From: a virus
Lineage: Duplodnaviria > Heunggongvirae > Uroviricota > Caudoviricetes
Strand: one strand, 5' to 3'
IMG/VR virus record: IMGVR_UViG_3300034072_002212
Coordinates: 30,417 to 94,416 of that record
Length of the DNA: 64,000 nt
Below, one piece after another: positions 17,076-25,371 of the stretch. Made by a program: the position numbers and the translations under genes. Within the stretch, counting starts at the first letter, position 1. Each line of letters starts with the position of its first letter. The notes below the pieces were generated by a model. The model saw nothing but the letters and a program-made list of their open reading frames with translations, was not told the origin of the DNA and did no database searches.

Positions 17076-17672
17076 ATGCCTTGGACTTTTGAACAGAGGA
17101 TCCAAAGGGCGTGTAATGCGCTGGTAGATCGTAGCTTGCTAGAGGAGTCGCAGATCGAGACCCTCCGCAGACCGCTCTACTTTGGGCATTTTGCCTATGG
17201 CGTTGGCTTGTCGCTGAACCTGGCACATTGGGGTGATTGGATTCATGTAAAGGACATGATTCTCAAGGGCCTCGAGCGCATGGATGCGACCCTTCAGAGC
17301 AATCAACGCACCTATCAGTTCAATGCCTTTAGTAGTGATCCGGCGATGCTTCGCTGGTTTATTCAGCATCAGTCCATGTTCGCATTCAACCATGTCCGCA
17401 TCGTCGATCGATCGTGCTGGCACCTTGCCCTCCCTAAACCTCGCCCCAAGGCGAAGTTCTATGGAGAGTATGGCTGGCGCTTTGAGTTTAAGAATCCCAA
17501 GTGGGGTTTGGAAGCGGACAATGTTGCCGAGTTGGAGAAGCTATCTGGCCCAACCAAGTTGGTAACCTATCCTCGAACCTTTCTCTACTTGGATAAGCTC
17601 TCAGACGTCCTGATGTTCAAACTCATCGTGGGCGAGCAACTGTTGAGCTTGGATGACCGACACGAACTTTAG
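17076..17672 (+). CDS. FKLTWGG-family protein, long solo member (198 aa)
   Basis: C-terminal region YGWRFEFKNPKWG...YLDKLSDVLMFKLIVGEQ carries the family signature. AAAAGGAGA lies upstream of the ATG. Confidence 0.5.
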   Translation: MPWTFEQRIQRACNALVDRSLLEESQIETLRRPLYFGHFAYGVGLSLNLAHWGDWIHVKDMILKGLERMDATLQSNQRTYQFNAFSSDPAMLRWFIQHQSMFAFNHVRIVDRSCWHLALPKPRPKAKFYGEYGWRFEFKNPKWGLEADNVAELEKLSGPTKLVTYPRTFLYLDKLSDVLMFKLIVGEQLLSLDDRHEL

Positions 17673-17678
17673 GTTCGG

Positions 17679-17708
17679 TTGACATCTCACCTCTCTCCGA
17701 GGTATAAA
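17679..17708 (+). promoter_or_regulatory. Sigma70-like promoter TTGACA-N18-TATAAA(GG) upstream of the SleB-like hydrolase gene
   Basis: Hexamers read directly. The same TTGACA...TATAAAGG arrangement lies upstream of the tmRNA gene. Confidence 0.4.
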
Positions 17709-17741
17709 GGGAGATCGGATTAACAACTTATGAGGTGATGG

Positions 17742-18287
17742 TTGAAATTATTTGGAGCAGTAGTGCTCCTCTTGTCGCTCTTGCTAACGCCAGACCAAGC
17801 CGCAGCGGCGACACCTACGAGATACCAAAATCTGCATACTGCGGTTCGAAATCTGGGCACACTCATCCCTGAGGTCCAGAATGCCAATCGAACCGATCAA
17901 GACGAGATGTTGTGCTTGGCACTAAACATCTATCATGAGATTCGCGGGGGGAGTACGCGACACCAGTGGGCAGTGGCTTTTGTCACTATGAACAGGACGA
18001 AAAGGGCAGTCTTCAATGCCAAGACGATCTGCCAAGTAGTCTGGGCAAGGGGGCAATTTTCATGGACCGTATGGAATTTGAGGGCACAGTTACCGCGTGA
18101 ACGAGGCGCATGGGCAGAATCACAGAGAAAAGCTGCCTTGCTCGTTTCCGGTGAGAAGATGAATGACCCTACGAATGGCTCAACGCATTTCTACCAGGCA
18201 CGGTTGAATCCTGGTTGGGCCCGACGCCTCGTTTCGAGGATTCGTATTGAGAACCACACGTTCGCAAGGTTGCCTGGCAGCAACTAG
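17742..18287 (+). CDS. Secreted cell-wall hydrolase, SleB/CwlJ (Hydrolase_2) family; candidate lysin
   Basis: Signal peptide MKLFGAVVLLLSLLLTPDQAAA. MLCLALNIYHEIRGG...QWAVAFVTMNR...ICQVVWARGQFSW matches the SleB-family core. Confidence 0.7.
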   Translation: MKLFGAVVLLLSLLLTPDQAAAATPTRYQNLHTAVRNLGTLIPEVQNANRTDQDEMLCLALNIYHEIRGGSTRHQWAVAFVTMNRTKRAVFNAKTICQVVWARGQFSWTVWNLRAQLPRERGAWAESQRKAALLVSGEKMNDPTNGSTHFYQARLNPGWARRLVSRIRIENHTFARLPGSN

Positions 18288-18324
18288 GGTTTGCCCATTA
18301 ACTCAAGATAACCAAAGAAAGGAC

Positions 18325-18356
18325 GACCCCCGGCTTTGCCGGGGGTCTTTGTTTCT
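18325..18356. terminator. Bidirectional rho-independent terminator between the SleB-like gene and queD
   Basis: GACCCCCGGC-tttg-CCGGGGGTC followed by TTTGTTTCT on plus; T-rich on minus as well. Confidence 0.7.
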
Positions 18357-18372
18357 GCGCTACAGTGGAAGC

Positions 18373-18912
18373 TTAGCCGTAATAAACAGCCGAGTTCGCA
18401 CCATGCTCAAAGCACTCAACAGACACGAGGCGCACGTCTGGGTTCACATTGTAGCGACCCAGCTTGCCGGCCTTCATCTCTTCCAGCATCTCGACGCTCT
18501 TCTCGTAAACGAGCTTCGCGGTCAGCTCACAGCCAACGCCGGGAACGATGCGGAGATTACAGACGCGGCCTTCCTCATAGAGACCAACTTCCTTCTCAGT
18601 GGGCACGCCATTGAGTTCTGGGTTCAGCGAGAACGCTGCTAGGGTCTTGAAGGTTTCGAGTGCGGGATCATCCTCGGCCACCAGGATCGTGTGGTCGAAC
18701 ATATGGTCGAGGAAGTTCTTGATGGGCTTCATACCACCAAAGTCAAAGCACCAGTTCTTCTCGTCCAGAGTCTCAGACTCCCAGACAAACTTGAAACCCA
18801 GGCTATAGCCGTGGAGCGTTGAACAGTGCGAGTGATTGGCCTTCCACTGACGGAAGCAGCAAGAGAGACCACGGTCGGTGCCGTAGGTCTTGGTCGATTG
18901 GAATTTAGGCAT
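18373..18912 (-). CDS. queD: 6-pyruvoyl-tetrahydropterin synthase / QueD-family protein
   Basis: FRQWKANHSHCSTLHGYSLGF and DFGGMKPIKNFLDHMFDHTIL parallel the QueD zinc and catalytic motifs (AAHRL..C..LHGHS; DFAELK...LDHHYL). Confidence 0.6.
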   Translation of the reverse strand: MPKFQSTKTYGTDRGLSCCFRQWKANHSHCSTLHGYSLGFKFVWESETLDEKNWCFDFGGMKPIKNFLDHMFDHTILVAEDDPALETFKTLAAFSLNPELNGVPTEKEVGLYEEGRVCNLRIVPGVGCELTAKLVYEKSVEMLEEMKAGKLGRYNVNPDVRLVSVECFEHGANSAVYYG

Positions 18913-18969
18913 TTTCTGCTCTCATTCTTGCGACGCAGAATCTTTAGAGAGGGTTGAGTCGTTGTCCTC

Positions 18970-19419
18970 TTGCTATTTATCTACGATATTCTGGTTATTG
19001 CCCGCAATATAGACATCACCAGAATGTCACTCTATATGGATCACATGACCCGAGGACTCACTAAGGAGGATAGCGAGCTATGGACTCGCGTAACCAAGGA
19101 CGTTAGGCCCCTTGGCAAAGCCCCTGTGAGCTCCTCTGAGGGTCAGAGCTACCCGAGAGCACCCGAACCCCGTAGCGCACCCTATAACCCACGAGTGGAC
19201 CTCCACGGGGTAACAATCCATGAAGCATGGGGTGTGGTCAACGACCACATCTATCATGGGGTACAGAACGGCTATAAGAAGCTGCTCATTATCACTGGCC
19301 GCTCAGGCCAGATCAACCAAGAACTTCCGCGCTGGCTTGAGCGCAACCCGCACGTCAGATCGGTTACACAGATGCCAAACGGTGGTTCATGGGAAATAGC
19401 AATCAAGCCCGTTACGTAG
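18970..19419 (+). CDS. Smr (small MutS-related) domain protein
   Basis: VDLHGVTIHEAWGVVNDHIY...LLIITGRSGQ...LPRWLERNPHVRSV matches the Smr core. The true start may be an internal Met (about 19024). Confidence 0.55.
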   Translation: MLFIYDILVIARNIDITRMSLYMDHMTRGLTKEDSELWTRVTKDVRPLGKAPVSSSEGQSYPRAPEPRSAPYNPRVDLHGVTIHEAWGVVNDHIYHGVQNGYKKLLIITGRSGQINQELPRWLERNPHVRSVTQMPNGGSWEIAIKPVT

Positions 19420-19653
19420 ACGCTGACAAACTCAAGATGGCGCTTTATTCGCTCCATCCCGCAGTTGGAGCATCATATTCTAGCGGGCTGTTGGACCAGC
19501 AGGTCAATCAGCTGATTCTCAACGCTCTCACGAACTCCTTTGAGTCGTTCAAGCATCAGCTCATAAATGCCATTGATCAGGCGTCAGTGCCCTACGACAA
19601 GTGTATGCTTTGCGTCCAGCGAGACTCCTGCATCCCGCCTGATCCCCGACTGC

Positions 19654-20013
19654 CTAGTTGAGCCGGATCTCGATGTCACCACCCTCGGTCTTGAGATATT
19701 TCATAACCTCGAGGCCATAATCAGTGAACGTGTAGAGCTCACGCTTACCCGTGATGGTCGTTGAATCCCAGACATAATCCCAAGAGTATTCGATCAGACC
19801 CACGTCCTGAAGACGCTTGAGGTCTTTGACCTGGAAGCCCTTGCACAACTTCGCCACTTCACTGACAGTCAGAACCGTCTTCTCGCCCGGTTCAGCGGCC
19901 AGCTTCTTCATCACAAGCTTGGAGTTCATAGCCTTGAGGAAGGTGTGAGCCGGCGACCCTTCGCAGATCACCGCATAGTTGTGGCCGTCGATAACTTCGA
20001 TGTCGTACATCAC
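19654..20013 (-). CDS. Hypothetical protein (119 aa), last gene of the cca–family operon
   Basis: ORF only. No family motif. Confidence 0.4.
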   Translation of the reverse strand: MMYDIEVIDGHNYAVICEGSPAHTFLKAMNSKLVMKKLAAEPGEKTVLTVSEVAKLCKGFQVKDLKRLQDVGLIEYSWDYVWDSTTITGKRELYTFTDYGLEVMKYLKTEGGDIEIRLN

Positions 20014-20018
20014 CTACC

Positions 20019-20321
20019 TCAGAACTTCTGGTGCGCCTTACAAGCAAGTTCGCCACCGAAAGTCAACTTGAAACGCACCGCATCTGAACGGTTTTCAAAA
20101 GACAGGTTGTGTGGTGCCATGGTATAATCCACCGAATAGCAACCTGTGGTGTGGTTGTTCAGCCAGTCATAGTCAGCATCCGTGAGTGGACGCGTCAGTC
20201 CAACACGGTGGGTATAATACTTGAGGGACTGGCGATGCGGATGGCGAATGCTCTCGAGACGGGCCTTGTTCTTGCCCGTGAATTGGAGGATCTTGGCCTC
20301 GATCTGCTTGAGCTTCTTCAT
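20019..20321 (-). CDS. FKLTWGG-family small protein
   Basis: W-box DYDWLNNH. C-terminus FENRSDAVRFKLTFGGE. Confidence 0.55.
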   Translation of the reverse strand: MKKLKQIEAKILQFTGKNKARLESIRHPHRQSLKYYTHRVGLTRPLTDADYDWLNNHTTGCYSVDYTMAPHNLSFENRSDAVRFKLTFGGELACKAHQKF

Positions 20322-20581
20322 AGGAAAGACAGTTTGAACATTGCCGCATGGGCGGGATTGGAAAAGAAGATGCGTGTTCCTCTGTCCCTATTTACGCTAT
20401 GCCAGTTGTTGGCAATGATGTAATGGTCCTTGTCACCACTGTAGGGTTCGCTGTCGGGGTGGCGGAACTGCTGGATTCCCACAAAGGTCTCCAACCAACG
20501 CTCAGCTTCCTCGGTTAGCTTGACACTACCGCTCTGCTCCCAAACGCGATCGTTGAGTTGAGGAACCTCAATCGGTGTCAC
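20318..20581 (-). CDS. FKLTWGG-family small protein
   Basis: C-terminus FFSNPAHAAMFKLSFL. Overlapping start/stop with both neighbours. Confidence 0.5.
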   Translation of the reverse strand: MTPIEVPQLNDRVWEQSGSVKLTEEAERWLETFVGIQQFRHPDSEPYSGDKDHYIIANNWHSVNRDRGTRIFFSNPAHAAMFKLSFL

Positions 20582-20865
20582 GCAAAGGTCAGCTTGAACA
20601 GAGCCGCAAGGTCTGCGCGATCCTTGGGAAAGAAGAACGTTGTGATGTCCGGCTCGTCTGAACTGTTGCTCGACAACACAGTGAGACCGTGGCGCTTGTA
20701 GAAGTCCTCAATCTCGGGACCTGCGACCCACTGGAAAGTGTCCTCCCCAGTGGATCGCTTCGTGAAGTGCGCCTTGCCCTTGATGTCTACACCCATGGAC
20801 TCAGCTTGCTTCTGTTTGATGCTCTCCCAGAGAGCTTCATAGGCCGAATGGCGAGGATCGGTCAT
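20578..20865 (-). CDS. FKLTWGG-family small protein
   Basis: W-box DTFQWVAGP. C-terminus FFPKDRADLAALFKLTFA. ATG overlaps the cca stop (TAATG). Confidence 0.5.
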   Translation of the reverse strand: MTDPRHSAYEALWESIKQKQAESMGVDIKGKAHFTKRSTGEDTFQWVAGPEIEDFYKRHGLTVLSSNSSDEPDITTFFFPKDRADLAALFKLTFA

Positions 20866-21998
20866 TACTCGATCTCCAGCAGTTCTTCCTTGGTCTTCGT
20901 GAAGCGCGAGAACACCCAGGCATTCTCCAGCTTACGCAGACGCTGCCCCATAGCCGGCCCCGGCTTCATCCCCGAAGCCAGCAGGTCCTTCCCCGTTACC
21001 GGGAACGTCGGGACCACAAAGTTGCGGGCGTATTCAGCCAGCATCGGTTCCCCGGCGATCTCCAGCATGGACACGACATGATCCAGAGGGAACTTGTCGC
21101 GGGTCAGGTAGATCTCGACCTTCTCCTCGGTCCAGTTCACGCACCGGTTGCGGATCAGGTTGCGGACCTTGGCCTCTTCGGCCGAGCTCAGCTTCCAGAA
21201 CTGGAAGAACTTTTCCTCGTCGGTACTGGCCACCAGCGTCGACAGTGCCGCGACCGCATCATCCGAACGCGCCAGCTCAACAGGGTTGAACCGGAAGACT
21301 CCCAGCGAACGGTTGACGCGCGTCTTGAACATCGCGTCGACCACCCGAACCCGAGCCGGCATCGAGGGATCCAGCAGCTTTGACATTTCCAGCCAGAACC
21401 GCTCGACCGACACGACGTTCAGCTTGTCCAGGGTCTCGCCCACGCTGAACAGGTCCAGCGTGTCGTCGTCCATGGTCGCATCGAAGCGCGCCGCAAAGCG
21501 GAAGTAGCGCAGGATACGCAGGTAGTCCTCCTGGATTCGCAGCTCTGCGATCCCGACGAAACGGACGACCTTGTTCTTCAGGTCATCGCGTCCGCCAAAG
21601 TAATCGTAGACGTTGCCCTCGAAGTCCATCGACATTGCGTTGATGGTCAGGTCGCGCCGCTCTGCGTCCAGCTCGAAGGAGCGGGTGAACTCCACGGTCG
21701 CATGACGCCCGTCGGTCTCTGCGTCGATCCGCAGCGTGGTGACCTCGAACGGCTCCTTGTTGACCACGATGGTCGCCGTGCCGTGTGCGATGCCGGTTTC
21801 GATGAAGCCGAACTTGTTGGCCGTTGCGATCTCGCGCATCTCTTCCGGCGTTGCGTCGGTGCAGAAGTCCACGTCCTTGGGGACCACGCCCAGGATCGCG
21901 TCACGGACACAGCCACCCACGAAGCGGATCTCGAAGCCGGCGGCCTTGAAGGCATCGCCCAGCTTGCGCGTTTCCGTGGTCATCAGCTTGTCCAGCAC
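20865..21998 (-). CDS. cca: tRNA nucleotidyltransferase (CCA-adding enzyme) / poly(A) polymerase family
   Basis: Head-domain motifs GGCVRDAILG...DVDF and 377 aa length. Confidence 0.8.
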   Translation of the reverse strand: MLDKLMTTETRKLGDAFKAAGFEIRFVGGCVRDAILGVVPKDVDFCTDATPEEMREIATANKFGFIETGIAHGTATIVVNKEPFEVTTLRIDAETDGRHATVEFTRSFELDAERRDLTINAMSMDFEGNVYDYFGGRDDLKNKVVRFVGIAELRIQEDYLRILRYFRFAARFDATMDDDTLDLFSVGETLDKLNVVSVERFWLEMSKLLDPSMPARVRVVDAMFKTRVNRSLGVFRFNPVELARSDDAVAALSTLVASTDEEKFFQFWKLSSAEEAKVRNLIRNRCVNWTEEKVEIYLTRDKFPLDHVVSMLEIAGEPMLAEYARNFVVPTFPVTGKDLLASGMKPGPAMGQRLRKLENAWVFSRFTKTKEELLEIE

Positions 21999-22057
21999 GT
22001 CGATCTCCTCTTTGTTACAAGGCGAGATCTAACACCAATTTGGTGAGTGTCAACCAG

Positions 22058-22633
22058 TCAGGATAGATCTTCTGGGTCTATGGATGAGTTGGCCACCTTT
22101 TTGGCAAACCGCTCATCCTTTTTGCGTTGGATCTCAGCAAAATGCTCTCTGATCTCATTGACCACGACATTCCATTCAGGCTTCACATAGAGCAAAATGG
22201 CGATCTTCCAGATAAAGGCCGCACGAGCATCTGCTCGCTTCTCTTTGACTTTGACCTTGCGCTGCTGGAGTGAAGCCGCCTTCATCTTCACGTAGACCCG
22301 CCATGCCTCGGGATCACGCCGCAGCTTGAGGAACTTGTTGAACTTCATGTCCCCACGCAGGTTATTACACCCTGAGCAGCTCATGACGAGATTGCTCAGG
22401 TGGTCAGTGCCACCTTTGCCCTGACACAGAACATGCTCCAACGTGGCGCGACGATTGTTGGAAATTGGTGTGTCGCCGGGTAACCAAGTCTGCTTGCCAC
22501 AGAAATAGCAGAGACCGCCTTGCTTGTGGAACAGCTGAGTGGTCTTCTTGCGCCGGGCCAACGTGAACTTGGTGTACCACCACTCCTTGTCCTCAGGAGT
22601 GTGCCACTTCTTACGAACCGCGCGGCCTACCAC
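22058..22633 (-). CDS. HNH endonuclease
   Basis: CYFCGK...LEHVLCQGKGGTDHLSNLVMSCSGCNNLRG is an HNH motif with zinc-binding cysteines. The 277-aa ORF has a Ser-rich low-complexity N-terminus that looks non-coding. A GTG start at 22633 is proposed. Confidence 0.5.
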   Translation of the reverse strand: MVGRAVRKKWHTPEDKEWWYTKFTLARRKKTTQLFHKQGGLCYFCGKQTWLPGDTPISNNRRATLEHVLCQGKGGTDHLSNLVMSCSGCNNLRGDMKFNKFLKLRRDPEAWRVYVKMKAASLQQRKVKVKEKRADARAAFIWKIAILLYVKPEWNVVVNEIREHFAEIQRKKDERFAKKVANSSIDPEDLS

Positions 22634-22847
22634 CTTTGTGTAGCTGGTCCCATCCGAGGAACGACCAGGCCTTGCGCTTGGCACTGTGGCAAAGTCGAAG
22701 GGGAATGACAAAGATGAGAGCGAGGAGGAAACCGATGGTAGCGAGGATGCGACCAATGAAGCCACCGGTGCCCTTGACACTGAATATGACGATGAGCAGG
22801 ATGAAGAGGAGCAGATCCCCTCGCTTGCTTCGGTTACTTGACCACAT
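22611..22847 (-). CDS. Small two-TM membrane protein (78 aa)
   Basis: MWSSNRSKRGDLLLFILLIVIFSVKGTGGFIGRILATIGFLLALIFVIPL has two strongly hydrophobic helices. It lies in the frame overlapping the HNH ORF's Ser-rich extension. Confidence 0.4.
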   Translation of the reverse strand: MWSSNRSKRGDLLLFILLIVIFSVKGTGGFIGRILATIGFLLALIFVIPLRLCHSAKRKAWSFLGWDQLHKGGRPRGS

Positions 22848-22877
22848 TGCGGCGCCTCCATAATTTCGCGCAATAGG

Positions 22878-23096
22878 TTACTCGCCACCAAATGTCAACT
22901 TGAACAATAGGGCGTGCTGCTTTTCCCGGAAGGCGAATGGGATTTTGTCCTGGGTCTGCCCACCGAAGCGGAAGTCCAAACCAATCTTCAGCTTGTGGTC
23001 AGCCATCCATGTAAAGATGGCGTTGATCGAGTTGCGTGAGGAAACGTGGACCTCATGCCAGTTCAGGAGACTAACGATAGCCATCGAACAATCCAT
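22878..23096 (-). CDS. FKLTWGG-family small protein, solo copy
   Basis: W-box IFTWMADHK. C-terminus FAFREKQHALLFKLTFGGE. Confidence 0.5.
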   Translation of the reverse strand: MDCSMAIVSLLNWHEVHVSSRNSINAIFTWMADHKLKIGLDFRFGGQTQDKIPFAFREKQHALLFKLTFGGE

Positions 23097-23811
23097 CTAT
23101 CTCGTCGTCGCTGTAGCCCTCTTCGAACCACCGCGCTCTGGACTCTTCCTCACTGATGAGATCCTCAAGATCTTCATCATCCTCAGGATCATCATCTAAT
23201 GCCGGGTTATAAGCCCAGCGAGCGTCAGCAGCGTCAGTGAACTTGAAGTCACGCTCCAAGGCACTACAGGTCAAACGGTAGCATGTCTGACCCTGAGAAT
23301 CACTGTCATAGACCTGCTCAGTTGCGTAGATCCCATAGGACGCAAGGCCTAGAAGCAGGCAGTTGATGTTGAACCGGCCTTTGTTGGGATAGACCAGCAG
23401 TTCAAAGGTCCACCCATCCCCATCAACGTCCTCTTCCGTGTAGTCATCATGACGAAACTTGGTTGAGATGTTGGCTTCTGCGACCCGGTCGATTGTGACC
23501 TTTTCATAGGCCGTGGGAGTGCGGGTGTCTATGAGGATATTGAGAGGACAGGCATAGACCTCGAATTGCTCACTGTTGATCCACGTCATCAACTGCTCAA
23601 TGGACGTGAATGCCTGGACCTTGTCCCGATAGACTTGATATTGGGTAATCGCATGGCGGAGAACTCGATAGGCTCGGGCGCTCTTTCCCCACGAACCTAG
23701 GTTACGCATCTCCCAAAAGAGATTGCGATAGTATTCCCAGACAGGAGACTTCCCGACCTCTCCGGGCTGGAGAGGCGGGATTCTTTCATTGTTGATGAGG
23801 CTCCGGATCAA
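23071..23811 (-). CDS. Hypothetical protein with acidic C-terminus (246 aa)
   Basis: ORF with a D/E-rich tail. Confidence 0.45.
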   Translation of the reverse strand: MIRSLINNERIPPLQPGEVGKSPVWEYYRNLFWEMRNLGSWGKSARAYRVLRHAITQYQVYRDKVQAFTSIEQLMTWINSEQFEVYACPLNILIDTRTPTAYEKVTIDRVAEANISTKFRHDDYTEEDVDGDGWTFELLVYPNKGRFNINCLLLGLASYGIYATEQVYDSDSQGQTCYRLTCSALERDFKFTDAADARWAYNPALDDDPEDDEDLEDLISEEESRARWFEEGYSDDEIDGLFDGYR

Positions 23812-24953
23812 AGCACCTTGACCCGAGTGAGGGTGGTGGACTTCATGCCCTTGAACTCATTGTGGTCCTTGACCGTGCCACGGATCTTGACCGACTTGCC
23901 GAGGAAGGGACGGAGGACAGCCTTGCTGGCGAACCACGTGTAGCGGTTGCCATGCGCGTCGCGCATCTTGCACAAGTAGTTGAACTCGCGGTCCCTGACC
24001 TCATCAACGGTCACCTCGATCTCTAGCTTCTGCCCCTTGACGCCCTGGAACGTGCTGTTGGCGCTTCGCGGCTGATTCTTGGCATAATAGCTGCCCACGA
24101 TCGAAGCCGCAATGCCAATGCTGCGGGGCTCAATGGCCTCGCTCATCGCGATCACGTGGATGTTGTGCTCATAGTCGTTGAGCTCACCCTCGAGGCCCTG
24201 TGCCCAGTCGAGAGCAGCCGCAGCGAGGTTCTTTGCGTTGTCGCTGACCAACGGAAGCCGATCATGCATCCGCGACCACACGTCATCGGCCGTGCTATTC
24301 AGGCCAGTCTCGTTGGACTTCTTGCGCGAGGTCCAGCCGCGCTCCAGAATGCTCTCCGCACAAAGCTGGAGGAACATCTCCGTGCCGATCCAGCGATGAT
24401 CGATCAGTGCTGACCCGTCCTCGCCCTTGTTCCATGCGATGCGACGCAGTTCACCCAGGCTGGCGACCATCTCTGCCAGCTTGGCCCACTTGTCAGCATC
24501 ACCATGGCCCAGGAAGTCCTTGAGGCACGAGCTACCGACCTGCTTGAACTCGTTGAGTTCCTCGTTGAAGACCACGAACGTGTCGCGCCGACGACGCTTG
24601 TGACCGCAATGGTCACAAACAGGATCGCTGGTCCGATATGCTTCGGGAAGGTCGCGGGTATCCGTGGTGCGAACAATGTTCCCGGCTTCGTTAGCGTGGT
24701 CGATGCGAGCCACGAACTCCCACCCGGCCAGCTTGGGCTCGGGATAGGCCACGAAGACCTCCATGATCTTCTGGTTGAAGAACTTGCTGTCCTTGGACTC
24801 TTCGAAGTGGAAGCCGACCACGGTCATGAAGAGACGCTCACCGGTGAGCTTCTTGGCGCGCTTGCCCAGCCGCTCCATCTGAGCCTTGAACCAATCAAAG
24901 CCAGCTGCCGGAATGTCGAGCGTCTTACCTTCGGCCATTGTCGATCTCCTCAT
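23808..24953 (-). CDS. Hypothetical protein (381 aa) with an internal CxxC...basic patch
   Basis: CDHCGHKRRRRD lies mid-protein. Otherwise unrecognised. Confidence 0.45.
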   Translation of the reverse strand: MRRSTMAEGKTLDIPAAGFDWFKAQMERLGKRAKKLTGERLFMTVVGFHFEESKDSKFFNQKIMEVFVAYPEPKLAGWEFVARIDHANEAGNIVRTTDTRDLPEAYRTSDPVCDHCGHKRRRRDTFVVFNEELNEFKQVGSSCLKDFLGHGDADKWAKLAEMVASLGELRRIAWNKGEDGSALIDHRWIGTEMFLQLCAESILERGWTSRKKSNETGLNSTADDVWSRMHDRLPLVSDNAKNLAAAALDWAQGLEGELNDYEHNIHVIAMSEAIEPRSIGIAASIVGSYYAKNQPRSANSTFQGVKGQKLEIEVTVDEVRDREFNYLCKMRDAHGNRYTWFASKAVLRPFLGKSVKIRGTVKDHNEFKGMKSTTLTRVKVL

Positions 24954-25026
24954 CTGTTATCCTGTTTCTATAACCAGGTGAGAGGATGTCAACCAGAAAA
25001 GTGGCGCCGGTCTCCCAGCGCCACTT

Positions 25027-25371
25027 TTAGTCTACGATGCGGACCTTTGATCCCTTGAGCTTGACCAGCTTGTCATAGACCTCTGGGCTTACATTTACGC
25101 ACCCGTTGGTAATGAACTTGCGGTCTTCTGCGTTGGGGCTCTGAAGCCTTTCCCGCCTGCGCTCTCTGGGTCTCAGCGTCCAGACCCGGTGTATGGCATA
25201 GACATACTTGTCATCCTCGTGGAACTGAAGCACATCGCCGCCATACCCTTGGGCCAGGACCATCCTCTGCTGGATCGTGAACTCTCCCTTGGGAGTGTTC
25301 CCTCCAACAAGTGCCGGGTGACACTGTTGGAGGAAACAGATCAGAGCCAGCTTGAGGTGGACCGTGATCAC
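25027..25371 (-). CDS. L,D-transpeptidase (YkuD-like) catalytic domain protein
   Basis: YAIHRVW...ITNGCVNVSPEVYDKL resembles the YkuD (H/S)xGC(I/V)R catalytic region. Start overlaps the upstream stop. Confidence 0.5.
   Translation of the reverse strand: MITVHLKLALICFLQQCHPALVGGNTPKGEFTIQQRMVLAQGYGGDVLQFHEDDKYVYAIHRVWTLRPRERRRERLQSPNAEDRKFITNGCVNVSPEVYDKLVKLKGSKVRIVD

Noticed and set aside
22634-22891. N-terminal 86 codons of the 277-aa HNH ORF (Ser-rich SSSSCSSSYSVS...)
   Set aside because: Low-complexity composition mirrored by a convincing two-TM ORF in the overlapping frame. The HNH gene is more plausibly initiated at the internal GTG.
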